64,000 bases of DNA from an uncultured Chloroflexia bacterium. Its GTDB lineage: Bacteria > Chloroflexota > Dehalococcoidia > DSTF01 > JALHUB01. Location: NCBI GenBank assembly GCA_963703345.1, contig OY969814.1:576001-640000 (forward strand), in the 5' to 3' direction. A model generated the notes under the pieces. That model saw only the letters and a list, made by a program, of their open reading frames with translations. It was not told where the DNA came from and made no database searches. Shown here piece by piece: positions 29,878-40,422 of this stretch (position 1 is its first letter; each line of letters opens with the position of its first letter). A program made the position numbers and the translations under genes.

Positions 29878-30534
29878 TCACAGCGTCCCGGTCTGCTCCT
29901 TGAAGAAGCGCACGACCTCGTCGGTCAGCCTGTCCTCGAAACCGAGCCAGAAGTGGTCGGCGCCCGGCACGACGACGATGCGGCTTCCCTCCGGCAGCTC
30001 GATCCCCATTCGCTCCGGATCGCGCGGTGGCGCAATATTGTCGCGCTCACCGAAGACGAAGAGCGCTGGGCGGGAGAGCTTGAGGTGCTGCCCATTCAAC
30101 GGCGGCGAGACCGCGGCGATGGCGCGTAGCCTGCGGTCGCCCGCGGAAAGCGCGACGACGGCGCCGAAGGAGTAGCCCGCCAGGTAGAGTCGCCTTGCAT
30201 CGACGCCGCGGTGCGCGGCAAGGAAATCAAGCGCCGCAACGGCGTCCTCCCGTTCGGCCATGCCGCCCCCGTGCGAGCCGCCACTCGGGCCGACGCCGCG
30301 GAAATTGAAGCGCAGGGTCGCAAATCCCTCTGCCGCCAGAACTTCACAAAGCGCGACGACGACGTTGTTGTGCATATCGCCGCCGTAGAGGGGATGCGGC
30401 TGGAGGACCGCGACCCCTGGAGAAGGAGCGTCTCGCGATGGGGGATAATGGAGCATCCCTTCGAGCTCAAGGCGCCCCGAAGAGAAGACTACAGGTTCGC
30501 TTGCCGGCCGGTCGAAAGCTTCGTCAGATAGCAT
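29878..30534 (-). CDS. Alpha/beta hydrolase
   Basis: PHPLYGG, RFNFRGVG, GYSFG nucleophile, ADHF. Confidence 0.9.
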   Translation of the reverse strand: MLSDEAFDRPASEPVVFSSGRLELEGMLHYPPSRDAPSPGVAVLQPHPLYGGDMHNNVVVALCEVLAAEGFATLRFNFRGVGPSGGSHGGGMAEREDAVAALDFLAAHRGVDARRLYLAGYSFGAVVALSAGDRRLRAIAAVSPPLNGQHLKLSRPALFVFGERDNIAPPRDPERMGIELPEGSRIVVVPGADHFWLGFEDRLTDEVVRFFKEQTGTL

Positions 30535-30560
30535 CTACCGCGATACAAGCGGCCTGCCGA

Positions 30561-31013
30561 CTACTTGAGGCGACGAATATTGGCGTCGCGGAAGCTCCGC
30601 AGCGCCTCCGTCAGGTTCGCGCGCTGCCCCGTGGAAAGAGGCGTAAACAGCTCTTCCGTGGCAGTGCGCAGATGCGGGCGCACTTCGTTCAGCAGCGAGC
30701 GGCCTTTCCTGGTCAGCTTGATCAGCGCCTTACGCCGGTCCTTCGGATCGGCGAGCCGGTCGACGAGGCCGCGCTCGACCATTCGGTCGACCAGCGTGCT
30801 CGTGCTGGGGCTTTCCTGGATCAGCAGTCGCGCCAGTCTGCTCACCATTATCGGCGACTTCATGCCGTCGAGGATGCCAAGGGTGAGCGCCTGCGTTACT
30901 GTTAGGTTCCAGGGGGCAAGGGCGCGCTCGGTGTGCTTGCGCATGATCACGTAGGCAGCCGAAAGCAGTAGCGGCTCTTCGGCTTCGTTCTGGGGCGGTG
31001 GTTCGTTTTTCAT
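30561..31013 (-). CDS. MarR-family regulator
   Basis: LVDRMVERGLV..DPKDRR..LTRKG. Confidence 0.9.
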   Translation of the reverse strand: MKNEPPPQNEAEEPLLLSAAYVIMRKHTERALAPWNLTVTQALTLGILDGMKSPIMVSRLARLLIQESPSTSTLVDRMVERGLVDRLADPKDRRKALIKLTRKGRSLLNEVRPHLRTATEELFTPLSTGQRANLTEALRSFRDANIRRLK

Positions 31014-31291
31014 CTCGCAGACCCCATCTTGTATTCTGGCCTTGTCATTATATGATCGTTTTTGTCATTGGAGCAACAACGATTAGTACTCTAGAGTCGA
31101 GAGGTCTACTTGACAGTTGCATCCTTTAGGTTTAGGAATAGAGGTATACTGTATGAGAAGAGCTCGGCCGGGGACGTTCGAGATTAGGAACCAGCATCAT
31201 CAGCAGGACTTGGCGGGTAGCCGCCTCACTATTCAGGGCGCTATGGAAAGAGCCTCTTTCCGAGCGTACCACCAGAAACGGAGGTTGACAA

Positions 31292-31792
31292 GTGGCGACT
31301 AGAACGCGTGTCGTAAAAGCAAAGCCCGGAGATAGGGACAAGGTTCTGGGCGACTGGTATTCCCTCTATCAAGCCTATAACGCCGTCTTCAAGGTCCAGG
31401 AGCTGTCGATCATCCCGCAGGGCATATCGCTGCCGCAACTACAACTGCTTGCCCTCCTGGCCTACGAACGGCGCCCGCTCGCCATTAGCGAACTGGCCTC
31501 TTGGATGGTCAAGGAGCCGAACAGCCTCACCGGCCTCGTCGACCGCACGGAAGCCAAAGGCTGGGTAAACACCCACGGCGACCCCAAGGACCGCCGCAAG
31601 AGGCTCGTCGAGTTCACGACCGGCGGCCGCAAGAAGTTCGAAGAGGCGTTCGGCGTCGCCAACAAGGCCAGCGAGAAGCTCTTCGCCAAACTGGGCGCCC
31701 GCGAGCTGGAGCAACTGAAGGCCTCCTGCCAGAAGCTGCGGGACGCCGCAATGGGAGAGATGGTCCGTAAGCCGACGTTCAGATTGCGCTAG
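31292..31792 (+). CDS. MarR-family regulator
   Basis: ISELA..LVDRTEAKGWV..DPKDRR; divergent from the other MarR gene. Confidence 0.9.
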   Translation: MATRTRVVKAKPGDRDKVLGDWYSLYQAYNAVFKVQELSIIPQGISLPQLQLLALLAYERRPLAISELASWMVKEPNSLTGLVDRTEAKGWVNTHGDPKDRRKRLVEFTTGGRKKFEEAFGVANKASEKLFAKLGARELEQLKASCQKLRDAAMGEMVRKPTFRLR

Positions 31793-31871
31793 CGCAAGGT
31801 GGCTTGCGGCCCGGCGAAGCCAACGCTCCGCCCGCTCATCGCCGGACGGCAGTTCGCTATGCAGGGACTGG

Positions 31872-32840
31872 CTAGCGGTGCCAGAAGCGCTCGCTTTCCT
31901 TCTGACGAGCGTAGAAGCGGAATGTGAACGCCCACGTCGCTAGGCCCATGATCACTGCTCCGCTGAGGAAGAACCAGCGCCATATCTGAGACGGCATATC
32001 CCCCGTCCCTGCGGAGGGGAGGCCGTTGCCCGGCGTCGCCTGCGCGCCTGCCGCGGCGCCGGCCGCCGTCGACTGTGGCTGCGACATTGGCGGCTTCGGC
32101 GTCGCCGTCTCGCGCGGCGTAGCGGTGGGACGCGGCGTCGAAGTGGGATTCGGCGTTCGCGTCGCCGTGGGCGTCGCCGTCGGCCCGGCCGTTGACGTGG
32201 CGGCGGGCGTTTGCGTCGTCGTCGTGGCCGTAGTAGGCGTCGGCTGCGGCGTGTCGGTATCCGTTGCCGTCGGCGCCGCTGGATCGTCAACCGTCAGCGA
32301 GCCGTTTGAACTCGCCACCGGTATTGGCACTCCCGGCGTCGGTCCCCAGAGATTCGCCGTATCGAACGTCAGAGCGCTCGTTCCGGCGCCTATCGCGTGA
32401 AAGCGTATCCGCGCCAGAGTGCCGCCGCCGTTCACGGACGTTGCTCCGTCTACGAGAGTGAAGTCATAGCTAATCGTTCCCAACTGGTTGTCCACGACGT
32501 TCGATTGGACCGTCCCCGGCTGCTCCCACGGTCCCGGGAAATTGCCCGGGAATATCTGCACACCCTGGTGGTCGAGGTCAGCATCGATGACCTCTAGGAC
32601 AGAAGGATCGAAGCCCAGATGGAACGACGCGCTGTAGAGGTTGCTGACGTTGGAGATGATGACGTTCACGTCCATCGTGCCATCGGAGGCAATCTCGGCG
32701 GAGGCGGGATCGAGGACCATGGTTGCACCCTGCGCGTTCGTGTGCGTGCTAAACGGCGGGGACAGACTGAGGCCGGTCATCGCTGCCAATAGGGCGATGA
32801 CTCCGGCCGCAATGACGGTCCGGTGTCCGCGGAGGGACAT
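31872..32840 (-). CDS. Cohesin-domain surface protein with Thr/Pro linker and LPxxG-TM tail
   Basis: Signal peptide, FDPSVLEV..GTLARIRF cohesin motifs, PT repeats, LPSAG + TM + basic tail. Confidence 0.75.
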   Translation of the reverse strand: MSLRGHRTVIAAGVIALLAAMTGLSLSPPFSTHTNAQGATMVLDPASAEIASDGTMDVNVIISNVSNLYSASFHLGFDPSVLEVIDADLDHQGVQIFPGNFPGPWEQPGTVQSNVVDNQLGTISYDFTLVDGATSVNGGGTLARIRFHAIGAGTSALTFDTANLWGPTPGVPIPVASSNGSLTVDDPAAPTATDTDTPQPTPTTATTTTQTPAATSTAGPTATPTATRTPNPTSTPRPTATPRETATPKPPMSQPQSTAAGAAAGAQATPGNGLPSAGTGDMPSQIWRWFFLSGAVIMGLATWAFTFRFYARQKESERFWHR

Positions 32841-32989
32841 CGTATCAGCCTCCGGATAGATGCATCTAAACGTGTATCGGCAAACCGAGCCGATAGGCGT
32901 AGGGCGCACAGCGGGCATCGTTCGGGGGATGAAGGTGACGGCGCCGCAATATGAGAGAGATGGAGGGCGACCGGGCTATCGGGAAATGG

Positions 32990-33019
32990 AATGAGGGCGG
33001 AGAAACCTCCGCCCTCATT
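32990..33019 (-). terminator. Hairpin terminator after acs
   Basis: AATGAGGGCGGAG-AAAC-CTCCGCCCTCATT. Confidence 0.75.
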
Positions 33020-33046
33020 GGTTGTAGCGTTTTCCGGACGCCGGCG

Positions 33047-34960
33047 CTAGACCTGACCCTTCAGCTCCTCGTAGGCGGCCTGCACTTCTGCTATGGAGGC
33101 GCCGTCCTCCAGGGTGGTGGCGTCGCCGATGGGCGCTTCCATCGCGACCGCCTTCAGCAAGCGACGCATGATCTTGCCGCTGCGCGTCTTCGGCAGCTTC
33201 TTCACTAGCAGCACTCTGTCCGGCGTGGCGATGGGACCCATCGTGTTGCGGATGTGGTTCTTGATGTTCTTTTCCATCTCCGGCGACGGCTCGTAGCCCT
33301 CGCGAAGGATGACGAAGATGGTGATCGCCTCGCCCTTCACTTCGTCCGGCTTGGCGATGGCGGCTGCCTCCGCGACGGCCTCGTAGGAGACCGCAGCGTT
33401 CTCCAGCTCCAGCGTGCCCAGGCGGTGGCCGGCGACCTTGATGACCTCGTCGGCGCGGCCCAGCAGCCAGAAGTAGCCGTCCTCGTCCTGGATCGCGTAG
33501 TCGCCGGTCAGGTACTTGCCCGGGAAGCGGTTCCAGTACGCGTCCTTAAAGCGGTCGTCGTCCTTGTAGAGCGTCATCAGCATGCCCGGCCACGGCTTCG
33601 TGAGGATCAGCAGGCCGCGCTCGCCGGCGGGCACCGGCTGGCCCGAATCGTTGACGACCTGCGCCGCTACGCCGGGCAGCGGGAAGCTGGCGGAGCCGGG
33701 CTTCAGCGGCGGAATCTGGATTGCCGGCGCCTGCGAGATGAGGATGCCGCCGGTCTCCGTCTGCCACCACGTGTCGACGATCGGACAGCGGCCCTTGCCG
33801 ATGTGATCGTAGTACCACAGCCAGGTGTCGGGGTTAATCGGCTCGCCGACGGAGCCGAGTAGCTTCAGGCTGCTCAGATCAGACTTCTGCAGCCACTCCT
33901 CGCCGGCCTGCCTGAACATTCGGATGGCTGTGGGCGATGTGTAGAGGACGTTCACGCCGTACTTCTCGATGATCTGCCACCAGCGGCCGAGGTCCGGGAA
34001 GTTCGGTGCGCCCTCGTACATGACGCTCGTGGTGCCGGCGCAGAGCGGTCCGAAGGCGATGTAGCTGTGGCCGGTCACCCAGCCGATATCGGCGGTGCAC
34101 CAGAAGACGTCGTTCTCTTCGACGTTGAACACCCACTTGAAGGTGGAGTTCACAAAGACCATGTAGCCGCCCGTCGAGTGGACGACGCCCTTGGGCTTGC
34201 CGGTCGTGCCCGACGTGTAGAGAATGTACAGCGGGTGGCTGGATTCCAGCGCCTCCGGCTTCACGTAGGAATCGGCGTCCTTCATCAGGTCGTGCCACCA
34301 CAGGTCGCGACCCTCTGTCATGCTGACATCGATTCCGGTGCGCTTGACTACGATCTGCTTCTTCACTGTGGGAGCAAGGTTCATCGCCTCGTCGGCGACC
34401 TTCTTCAGCGGAAACGCCGATCCTCTGCGCCAGCCGCCGTCCGCGGTGACCAGCACCTTGGCCTCGAGGTCGTTCAGTCTGTCGGCCACGGCCTGGGCGG
34501 TGAACCCGGAGAAGACGGCGGTAAACGTGGCGCCCAGCCTGGCGCAGGCCAGCATGATGATCGGCAACTCAGGGATCATCGGCAGGTAGATGCCGACCTT
34601 GTCGCCCTTGCCGACGCCGAGCTTCTTCAGCATCGAGGCGGCCTTGTTAACCTCTTGATACAGTTCAGCGTAGGTGATGGTGCGGGTGTCGCCCGGCTCC
34701 CCTTCGAAGTAGTAGGCGACCCTGTTCCGCGTCGGCCCTGTGGCGTGGCGGTCGCAGCAGAGGTAGGAAGCATTGAGCTGGCCGCCGACGAACCACTTGG
34801 AGAACGGCGCGTTCCACTCCAGCACCTTGTCCCACGTCCTGAACCAGTCCAGCTTGCGGGCTTCCTCGGCCCAGAAGCCGTCCATGTCCTCAATCGACCT
34901 GTTGTAGACCTCGAGGTAGCGGTTCTTTGGCCAGTACGTCTTGTCATTAGAACTGGTCAT
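33047..34960 (-). CDS. acs: Acetyl-CoA synthetase
   Basis: YTSGTTGKPKG, GEPIN, DTWWQTETG, LPKTRSGKIMRR. Confidence 0.96.
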   Translation of the reverse strand: MTSSNDKTYWPKNRYLEVYNRSIEDMDGFWAEEARKLDWFRTWDKVLEWNAPFSKWFVGGQLNASYLCCDRHATGPTRNRVAYYFEGEPGDTRTITYAELYQEVNKAASMLKKLGVGKGDKVGIYLPMIPELPIIMLACARLGATFTAVFSGFTAQAVADRLNDLEAKVLVTADGGWRRGSAFPLKKVADEAMNLAPTVKKQIVVKRTGIDVSMTEGRDLWWHDLMKDADSYVKPEALESSHPLYILYTSGTTGKPKGVVHSTGGYMVFVNSTFKWVFNVEENDVFWCTADIGWVTGHSYIAFGPLCAGTTSVMYEGAPNFPDLGRWWQIIEKYGVNVLYTSPTAIRMFRQAGEEWLQKSDLSSLKLLGSVGEPINPDTWLWYYDHIGKGRCPIVDTWWQTETGGILISQAPAIQIPPLKPGSASFPLPGVAAQVVNDSGQPVPAGERGLLILTKPWPGMLMTLYKDDDRFKDAYWNRFPGKYLTGDYAIQDEDGYFWLLGRADEVIKVAGHRLGTLELENAAVSYEAVAEAAAIAKPDEVKGEAITIFVILREGYEPSPEMEKNIKNHIRNTMGPIATPDRVLLVKKLPKTRSGKIMRRLLKAVAMEAPIGDATTLEDGASIAEVQAAYEELKGQV

Positions 34961-35270
34961 GCAGCATCTCTCCTTTGGCTTTTGTAGTAGACCTGGTTCT
35001 CCTGCCGGGATCGCCCCCGGCGCCTCCTCCCAGGCCTGCCGCTCGGCGCGCAGACCGTTTGAAGTCGAGGGCGCTTGTGCAATCTGGCGCAAATTAGAGG
35101 TTATCCCTAGGTCTCATTTTAAGTCAACTGATTCCCCGCCGGTGTTGGCGTCCGCAGTGGCGCAGATTCGCCGCCCCGTTTTCGTTTCCCCGCGGCGGCT
35201 GTCAACGCACGCGTTCCGCGTGTGCTACATTCCCCTTCGTTGCGTACCCCGTTATGTGGAGATTACCGTC

Positions 35271-35915
35271 GTGAAAGCTGTTCTCTGGGACATGGACGGC
35301 GTACTCGTCGATACGGCGCCCTTCCATTTCCAGGCCTGGCGCGCGCTGTTCGCGTCGCTGGGTAGAGACGTCAGCGAAGAGGAGTTCCGGCGCACCTTCG
35401 GCCTGCGCAACGACGACATCCTGCGCGCCATCCTCGGCGACATGCCGCCCGAACGGCTGCGAGAGCTCGGTAACCGCAAGGAGGAGCTCTTCCGCGACGC
35501 GATTCGAGGGAAAGTCACGCCTTTGCCCGGCGTCGTCGATGTTGTCCGACGCCTGCGCGACAGGGGCGTCAAGCAGGCCGTCGTCTCGTCGGCGCCGCGG
35601 CGGAACGTGGAGACGATCCTCCATGCGCTCTCGCTGACCGGAGCTTTCGACGCTCTTGTGGCGGAGGAGGAGGTGCAGCGTGGCAAGCCGGACCCGCAGG
35701 GCTATCTGCTCGGCGCGGACCGTCTCGGCGTGGCGCCCGCGGCGTGTGTCGTCGTCGAGGACGCGCCTGCCGGCGTCGAGGCGGCGAAGCGGGCCGAAAT
35801 GCGCTGCATAGGCCTGGCCGCTGGACGGCGGCCGGAAGAGCTGGCGGCGGCGGACCTCGTCGTGGTAAGCCTGGCGGACGAAGCGGTATACTCTTTCCTG
35901 GGAATCCCGCGCTAA
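35271..35915 (+). CDS. HAD-family phosphatase (beta-PGM-like)
   Basis: WDMDGVLVDT, GKPDP, VVEDAPAG. Confidence 0.9.
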   Translation: MKAVLWDMDGVLVDTAPFHFQAWRALFASLGRDVSEEEFRRTFGLRNDDILRAILGDMPPERLRELGNRKEELFRDAIRGKVTPLPGVVDVVRRLRDRGVKQAVVSSAPRRNVETILHALSLTGAFDALVAEEEVQRGKPDPQGYLLGADRLGVAPAACVVVEDAPAGVEAAKRAEMRCIGLAAGRRPEELAAADLVVVSLADEAVYSFLGIPR

Positions 35916-35927
35916 TGGAGGTCTTGT

Positions 35928-36851
35928 TTGCCGCTTCCTTCGTTCGATCATCCAACCACCTATGACGGCGCCAAGGGGAGCAATGCCACAGTCTACGACG
36001 GCTCCAAGGGGACCTACCTGGCGCCGGAGCTGCTGAAGGCCGGCAAAGAAGCGTCGGATGTCACCGAGTGGCTGAACCTGCTGGCGCCCGAAGCCGTCGC
36101 CGCCTGCCACCGCGATTACGTTAGTGCCGGCTCCGAGGTCATCGAGACGAACAGCTTCAACGGCAACCGCTTCCGATTGATGAAGTACGGCCTCGGCGAC
36201 CGCGTGCGCGAGGTGAACTTCGCCGCCGCGAACATCGCCCGCGAAGCCGCGGGCCCCGGCGTCTCGGTTGCCGGGACGATAGGTCCCAGCGGCAAGCTGA
36301 TCGTGATGGGTGAGGTGACCGCCGAGGAGCTACGGGATGCCTTTGCCGAGCAGGCGAAGGCGCTGGCGGCAGGCGGCGTCGATTTCTTCCACGTCGAGAC
36401 GATGGCCGACCTCGACGAAGCGGTGGCCGCGGTCGAGGGCGCGCGCGGCGTCTCCGACCTGCCTGTCGCGGTCACGATGTCGTTCGACACGGGCAAGCCG
36501 GAAGCCGGGCTGCGGACGATGATGGGCGTCACGGCGGCGCAGCTTGTAGAGAAGGGCCGCGAGATGGATCTTCTCGCCGTCGGTGCCAATTGCGGCCGCG
36601 GCCTTGAGGGCTACCAAGCGCTGTTCCAGCAGTTCATGGACGCCGGCCCGGCATCGCCCGTTATCGCCAAGCTGAACGCCGGCATCCCCGTCACAATCGG
36701 CGGCGAGACCGTCTACGATGGCACGCCGGAAAGGATGGCGGAGTACGCGGAATGGGTTGCGGGAATAGGCGTGAAGCTTATCGGCGTCTGCTGCGGCGGA
36801 ACCCCCCGCCACATCGAGGCGATTTCCCGCGCTCTGTCGCGCCGGCGCTAG
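35928..36851 (+). CDS. Homocysteine S-methyltransferase family protein
   Basis: YDGSKGT, IETNSF, GANC, GVCCG. Confidence 0.88.
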   Translation: MPLPSFDHPTTYDGAKGSNATVYDGSKGTYLAPELLKAGKEASDVTEWLNLLAPEAVAACHRDYVSAGSEVIETNSFNGNRFRLMKYGLGDRVREVNFAAANIAREAAGPGVSVAGTIGPSGKLIVMGEVTAEELRDAFAEQAKALAAGGVDFFHVETMADLDEAVAAVEGARGVSDLPVAVTMSFDTGKPEAGLRTMMGVTAAQLVEKGREMDLLAVGANCGRGLEGYQALFQQFMDAGPASPVIAKLNAGIPVTIGGETVYDGTPERMAEYAEWVAGIGVKLIGVCCGGTPRHIEAISRALSRRR

Positions 36852-36861
36852 ACGGACAGCG

Positions 36862-37971
36862 TTAGCTCCCGGCTCCTCGGAAGCGGATGCGCATTCGCAT
36901 CGATTCCGGCCGCGACTCCTCGAGCTGCAACTGCTGTCCCGTGGCCTCGGTCAGCGCCTCCAGCAACCGGTCGGCGGTGATCGGCTCACGCAGCATGAGC
37001 ACGATGCGCGCTTCGCCGTCGAAATAGCGCTCCACCGATGCCCCTTCGATTGCCGGCACGCGGCTGAGGGCGCGCTGCACCTCCATCAGCCCCTGGAAGC
37101 CGGGCACCGCCGATATCACGAGGACGAGCCCCTGGTCGCCCGGGATGAATGCGGGCTCGCCTTCTTCTGGGGCCTTCTCTTCCTCGACGGGTGCGGTCGC
37201 CGCGGCGCGCGATGTGAGAGCCATACGCGAGAAGTCATCGAGGCGGCGTTCCAGCCGCTCGAGGGCGGACGCCAGCGCCGCCACCTGCTCCGTCAGCAAG
37301 CGCCGGTCCTGCTCCAGGCGGTCCAGCGCCCGGTCCGTCTGCTCGCGGGCGGCGCGCGCCGACGACTGCACCTCGTCGATGAGGATGCGGCGTTCGTCGG
37401 CCATGCGATCGAGCGCGTGGTCGAAGTGGTCGGCGAGGATTCGCAGGACTTCCCGCGTCTCCTCGAGCGGGTCGGGCTTCGCTGGCGGTGTTTCGGCGAC
37501 CGCGGGCTCCGGCGCAACCCTGGCCGTAGGCTCGGTCGGCGGCTCCATTTCGGGCGCCGGCTCGGGTACCGCCTTGATCAGCACCGCTTCCGCCTCCGAT
37601 AGCGCCTTCGCCAGGATGTCGGCGGCGCGACGCGTCGCTTCGTTTGCCTGCGCAGGCGTGGCCGGCGTCTCCATCGACTCCTTGCTGCCGGCTATCTCCT
37701 CCACGTGAGGGGTCTCGTCCGGCCCCTCTGGTGGCGTCAGGTTCTCAGGCATCGTCTCTTCCACTTCTCGTTTGACGGCGGTCTCGGGCTGCGGGGGCTT
37801 CTTGGCCGGCGGGCGCTTCGCTCGTTTCGACGGTACGCCGAGCATGGCGCCGAGAAGCCGCACCAGGGCATTGGGCAGCGGCGTCCCGCGCCGATGAAGC
37901 TTCGCTTGAGGGTTCCCAGGGGCGCGTTCCCCCTGCTCACCACTGGGCCCCGAAGGGTTCTTCGGCTTCAT
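36862..37971 (-). CDS. Hypothetical coiled-coil protein
   Basis: Long ORF with host-like codon use; start uncertain. Confidence 0.6.
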   Translation of the reverse strand: MKPKNPSGPSGEQGERAPGNPQAKLHRRGTPLPNALVRLLGAMLGVPSKRAKRPPAKKPPQPETAVKREVEETMPENLTPPEGPDETPHVEEIAGSKESMETPATPAQANEATRRAADILAKALSEAEAVLIKAVPEPAPEMEPPTEPTARVAPEPAVAETPPAKPDPLEETREVLRILADHFDHALDRMADERRILIDEVQSSARAAREQTDRALDRLEQDRRLLTEQVAALASALERLERRLDDFSRMALTSRAAATAPVEEEKAPEEGEPAFIPGDQGLVLVISAVPGFQGLMEVQRALSRVPAIEGASVERYFDGEARIVLMLREPITADRLLEALTEATGQQLQLEESRPESMRMRIRFRGAGS

Positions 37972-38116
37972 ATCGTATTCACCGTGGCCGTGGACACCGG
38001 GCAACCGGGCCCACAAATCGTTTATCGGCAGGCGAAGTGAAGGCCGAAGGCGGGGGAGCCCTATCAGGGCATATTATACAGCAGAATCAGGGGCACGCAC
38101 CCCACGGAGCCTAAGA

Positions 38117-39157
38117 CTACGCGATCTCGGCGTGATGCCTCGCAAGTTGACGGAGTGAGCGGCTTTGGGCTAATGAGGGGAAAACTTCGTCGAGCGTCTT
38201 AGCCGCCTGTAGTTTCTCAAGAGACGTGTATCGGGGCGCCTGGGGAGCGGCGGCCTGAGTCTTGAGCCTGATTGGAACTATTTCCCTCGCTGGTTGAGCG
38301 AACTCGACGCAGTATTTCCCAGTGTCCTGCCAAGGCACGATCATGCTGACGGGCGCTACATGGGTAATGGCTGAAGTTGGGGCTTTGCGGTAAACGGCAA
38401 TGTCCTTGATCTGTGGGATCATGCTGCTGTTCATCCGAATCGCATACCATCTGTTTTCGCCGAGGAAGGTCTCTTGGAATCCGGCTTCACGAGCTGGGAC
38501 CACGATGGTATCCAATTCGGCAATGTCTGTGGTTGTCTGTGCGTCCGAGCCGACTGATTTCGCCACCTCCTCCAGGAAGGGGGTGAAGCTATAGGCATGC
38601 TCGCCCTTGTCGCTCCGAAACATCACGAACTCAATGACTTCGATTGGGAATGAGAACTGCTTTACCACTGAATCCAGTTCCTCCGTTCTCTCGTCGATTA
38701 TGACCACGGCCTGGAACGGAGTCTCGAACACGAGATAATCAAGAAGATGGTCAAGGCCTCTGTAGCCGTGCTGTTGTGCGTACTCGCGGCAGGCTCGGAT
38801 GGCCTTGGGCACCTTGGATACTTCATCCAGAAGGATGCTTCTTACTTGACGCTTGGCTTGCTGGTAGCTGTACGAGAACTCCAGCAATTGCTTTCCGATG
38901 TGCTTGAAGAGGTCATGTGTAGAAAGCTCGTTCTCGACGACAAACAGCCGAGGTTGATTCCTCTGAAGGTCGATTAGGTAGGCGTCAGGTACATTGACCT
39001 TCTTGCCCGCGACTCCGATGCGGTGTTTGCAGTCAATATAATAACGCCTCTTTCCGAAAATCGATTCGCTGTTGGCAATTACGGCTTCTTCGAAAACCTT
39101 CTCGCTGTCTGGGGATACCGCATCGTAGACAGTGGTTAGCGTAACAATCCGCGCCAT
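38117..39157 (-). CDS. Putative PD-(D/E)XK-like nuclease with C-terminal beta domain
   Basis: PDAYLID..FVVENEL; C-terminal DTIVVPARE..FLGENRWYAIR; visibly lower GC. Confidence 0.6.
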   Translation of the reverse strand: MARIVTLTTVYDAVSPDSEKVFEEAVIANSESIFGKRRYYIDCKHRIGVAGKKVNVPDAYLIDLQRNQPRLFVVENELSTHDLFKHIGKQLLEFSYSYQQAKRQVRSILLDEVSKVPKAIRACREYAQQHGYRGLDHLLDYLVFETPFQAVVIIDERTEELDSVVKQFSFPIEVIEFVMFRSDKGEHAYSFTPFLEEVAKSVGSDAQTTTDIAELDTIVVPAREAGFQETFLGENRWYAIRMNSSMIPQIKDIAVYRKAPTSAITHVAPVSMIVPWQDTGKYCVEFAQPAREIVPIRLKTQAAAPQAPRYTSLEKLQAAKTLDEVFPSLAQSRSLRQLARHHAEIA

Positions 39158-39197
39158 CGCGCACCTCGAATTATTGTTACCTATTCCCCTGACGTGG

Positions 39198-40331
39198 TTA
39201 CCACTGGACGAACATGGGCATGACCACATGGACGTAGTTCTCAGTGCCCACCGGCCGCAGGACGCCCGGACTCGAGGGGTTCGTCGTCTCCAGCGCCACC
39301 TGGCCCTCCTCCAGAACCGCGAGCACGTCCTGGAGGTACTTGCCGTTGAAGGCGATCTTCGCTTCTTCGCCCTCGACCACGGCGTCGATCTCTCCCAGGT
39401 TGTCGCCGATCTCTTCGGCGCGGGCGGAGATCGCCATCTTGCCGGGCGTCAGCTCCTCGCCCGGTGTCATCACGAGGCGCACGATGCCGCTGCCGTCGCG
39501 CGCGAAGATAGACGCGATGCGCGTCTCGCGCAGGAAGTCGGCGACGCCCACAGTCGCGCGAGTGGTGTGGCTGGCGGGTATGAGCTGGCTGTAGTTGGGG
39601 AAAGTGCCCTGGATCAACTGCGCCACCATCTCCACGTTCTTCAGACGGAAAAGCGCCTGCGTGCGGTTGGCATTGAGCGTCATCTGCACCGGCTCTTCTT
39701 CGTCGGCGAGGAGGCGGTTGACCTCCGCGAGGGCGCGCGCTGGCACGATGACCTCGGTCCGGTCGGCCACCGGCTCGGCCAGCGGCAGGCGGTGCACGGA
39801 CAGCCGAAAGCCGTCGGCGGCGGCCAGCGTCAACTCCGGACCCTCCATCAGCGTGTGGATGCCGGTCAGCACGGGTCGCGAGTCGTCGGTAGCGGCCGCG
39901 AAGACGACCTGTGTTATCGCCGTGCGCAGCGCCTTGGGATCGAGCGCGAGTCCTTCGCCGCCCTCGACGCGCGGGATCGGCGGGAAGTCGTCGGCGTCCA
40001 TGCCGCCGATCGTCGCCTCGTTGCGCGCGCAAACGAGCCGCAGTTGCCGCGAGCGCGCCGGCAGCGTCATGTCGATGCGCTCGGGCGGCAGCGAGTTGAC
40101 GAAGTCGGTGAGCAAGCGGGCCGGAATCGTTATGGCGCCTTCCTCTTCGATCTGCGCGCCGATCCAGCAGGTGAGCGCGATCTCCAGGTTCGTGGCCGAC
40201 AGCTTGAGGCGGCCGCCGTCGCTGGCGATGAGGACGTGGCCGGTGATGGGTAGCGTGCTGCGTGTCGCCACAGCCCGTCCGACGATGCCGAGGCCGCGCG
40301 CGAGGTTCTCTTGAAGGCAGGATAGCTTCAT
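39198..40331 (-). CDS. dnaN: DNA polymerase III beta clamp
   Basis: ATNLEI, DSRPVLTG, AADGFRLS, GTFPNY, IAFNGKYL, VMPM. Confidence 0.97.
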   Translation of the reverse strand: MKLSCLQENLARGLGIVGRAVATRSTLPITGHVLIASDGGRLKLSATNLEIALTCWIGAQIEEEGAITIPARLLTDFVNSLPPERIDMTLPARSRQLRLVCARNEATIGGMDADDFPPIPRVEGGEGLALDPKALRTAITQVVFAAATDDSRPVLTGIHTLMEGPELTLAAADGFRLSVHRLPLAEPVADRTEVIVPARALAEVNRLLADEEEPVQMTLNANRTQALFRLKNVEMVAQLIQGTFPNYSQLIPASHTTRATVGVADFLRETRIASIFARDGSGIVRLVMTPGEELTPGKMAISARAEEIGDNLGEIDAVVEGEEAKIAFNGKYLQDVLAVLEEGQVALETTNPSSPGVLRPVGTENYVHVVMPMFVQW

Positions 40332-40422
40332 AGCGATCACCTACTTAATCATTTAGATTTGTCGATGTCGGCAGTATATCGCAGCGCGGGTGGCTCGGCA
40401 AGAGGGAGGGCGTAAGGCCGCC

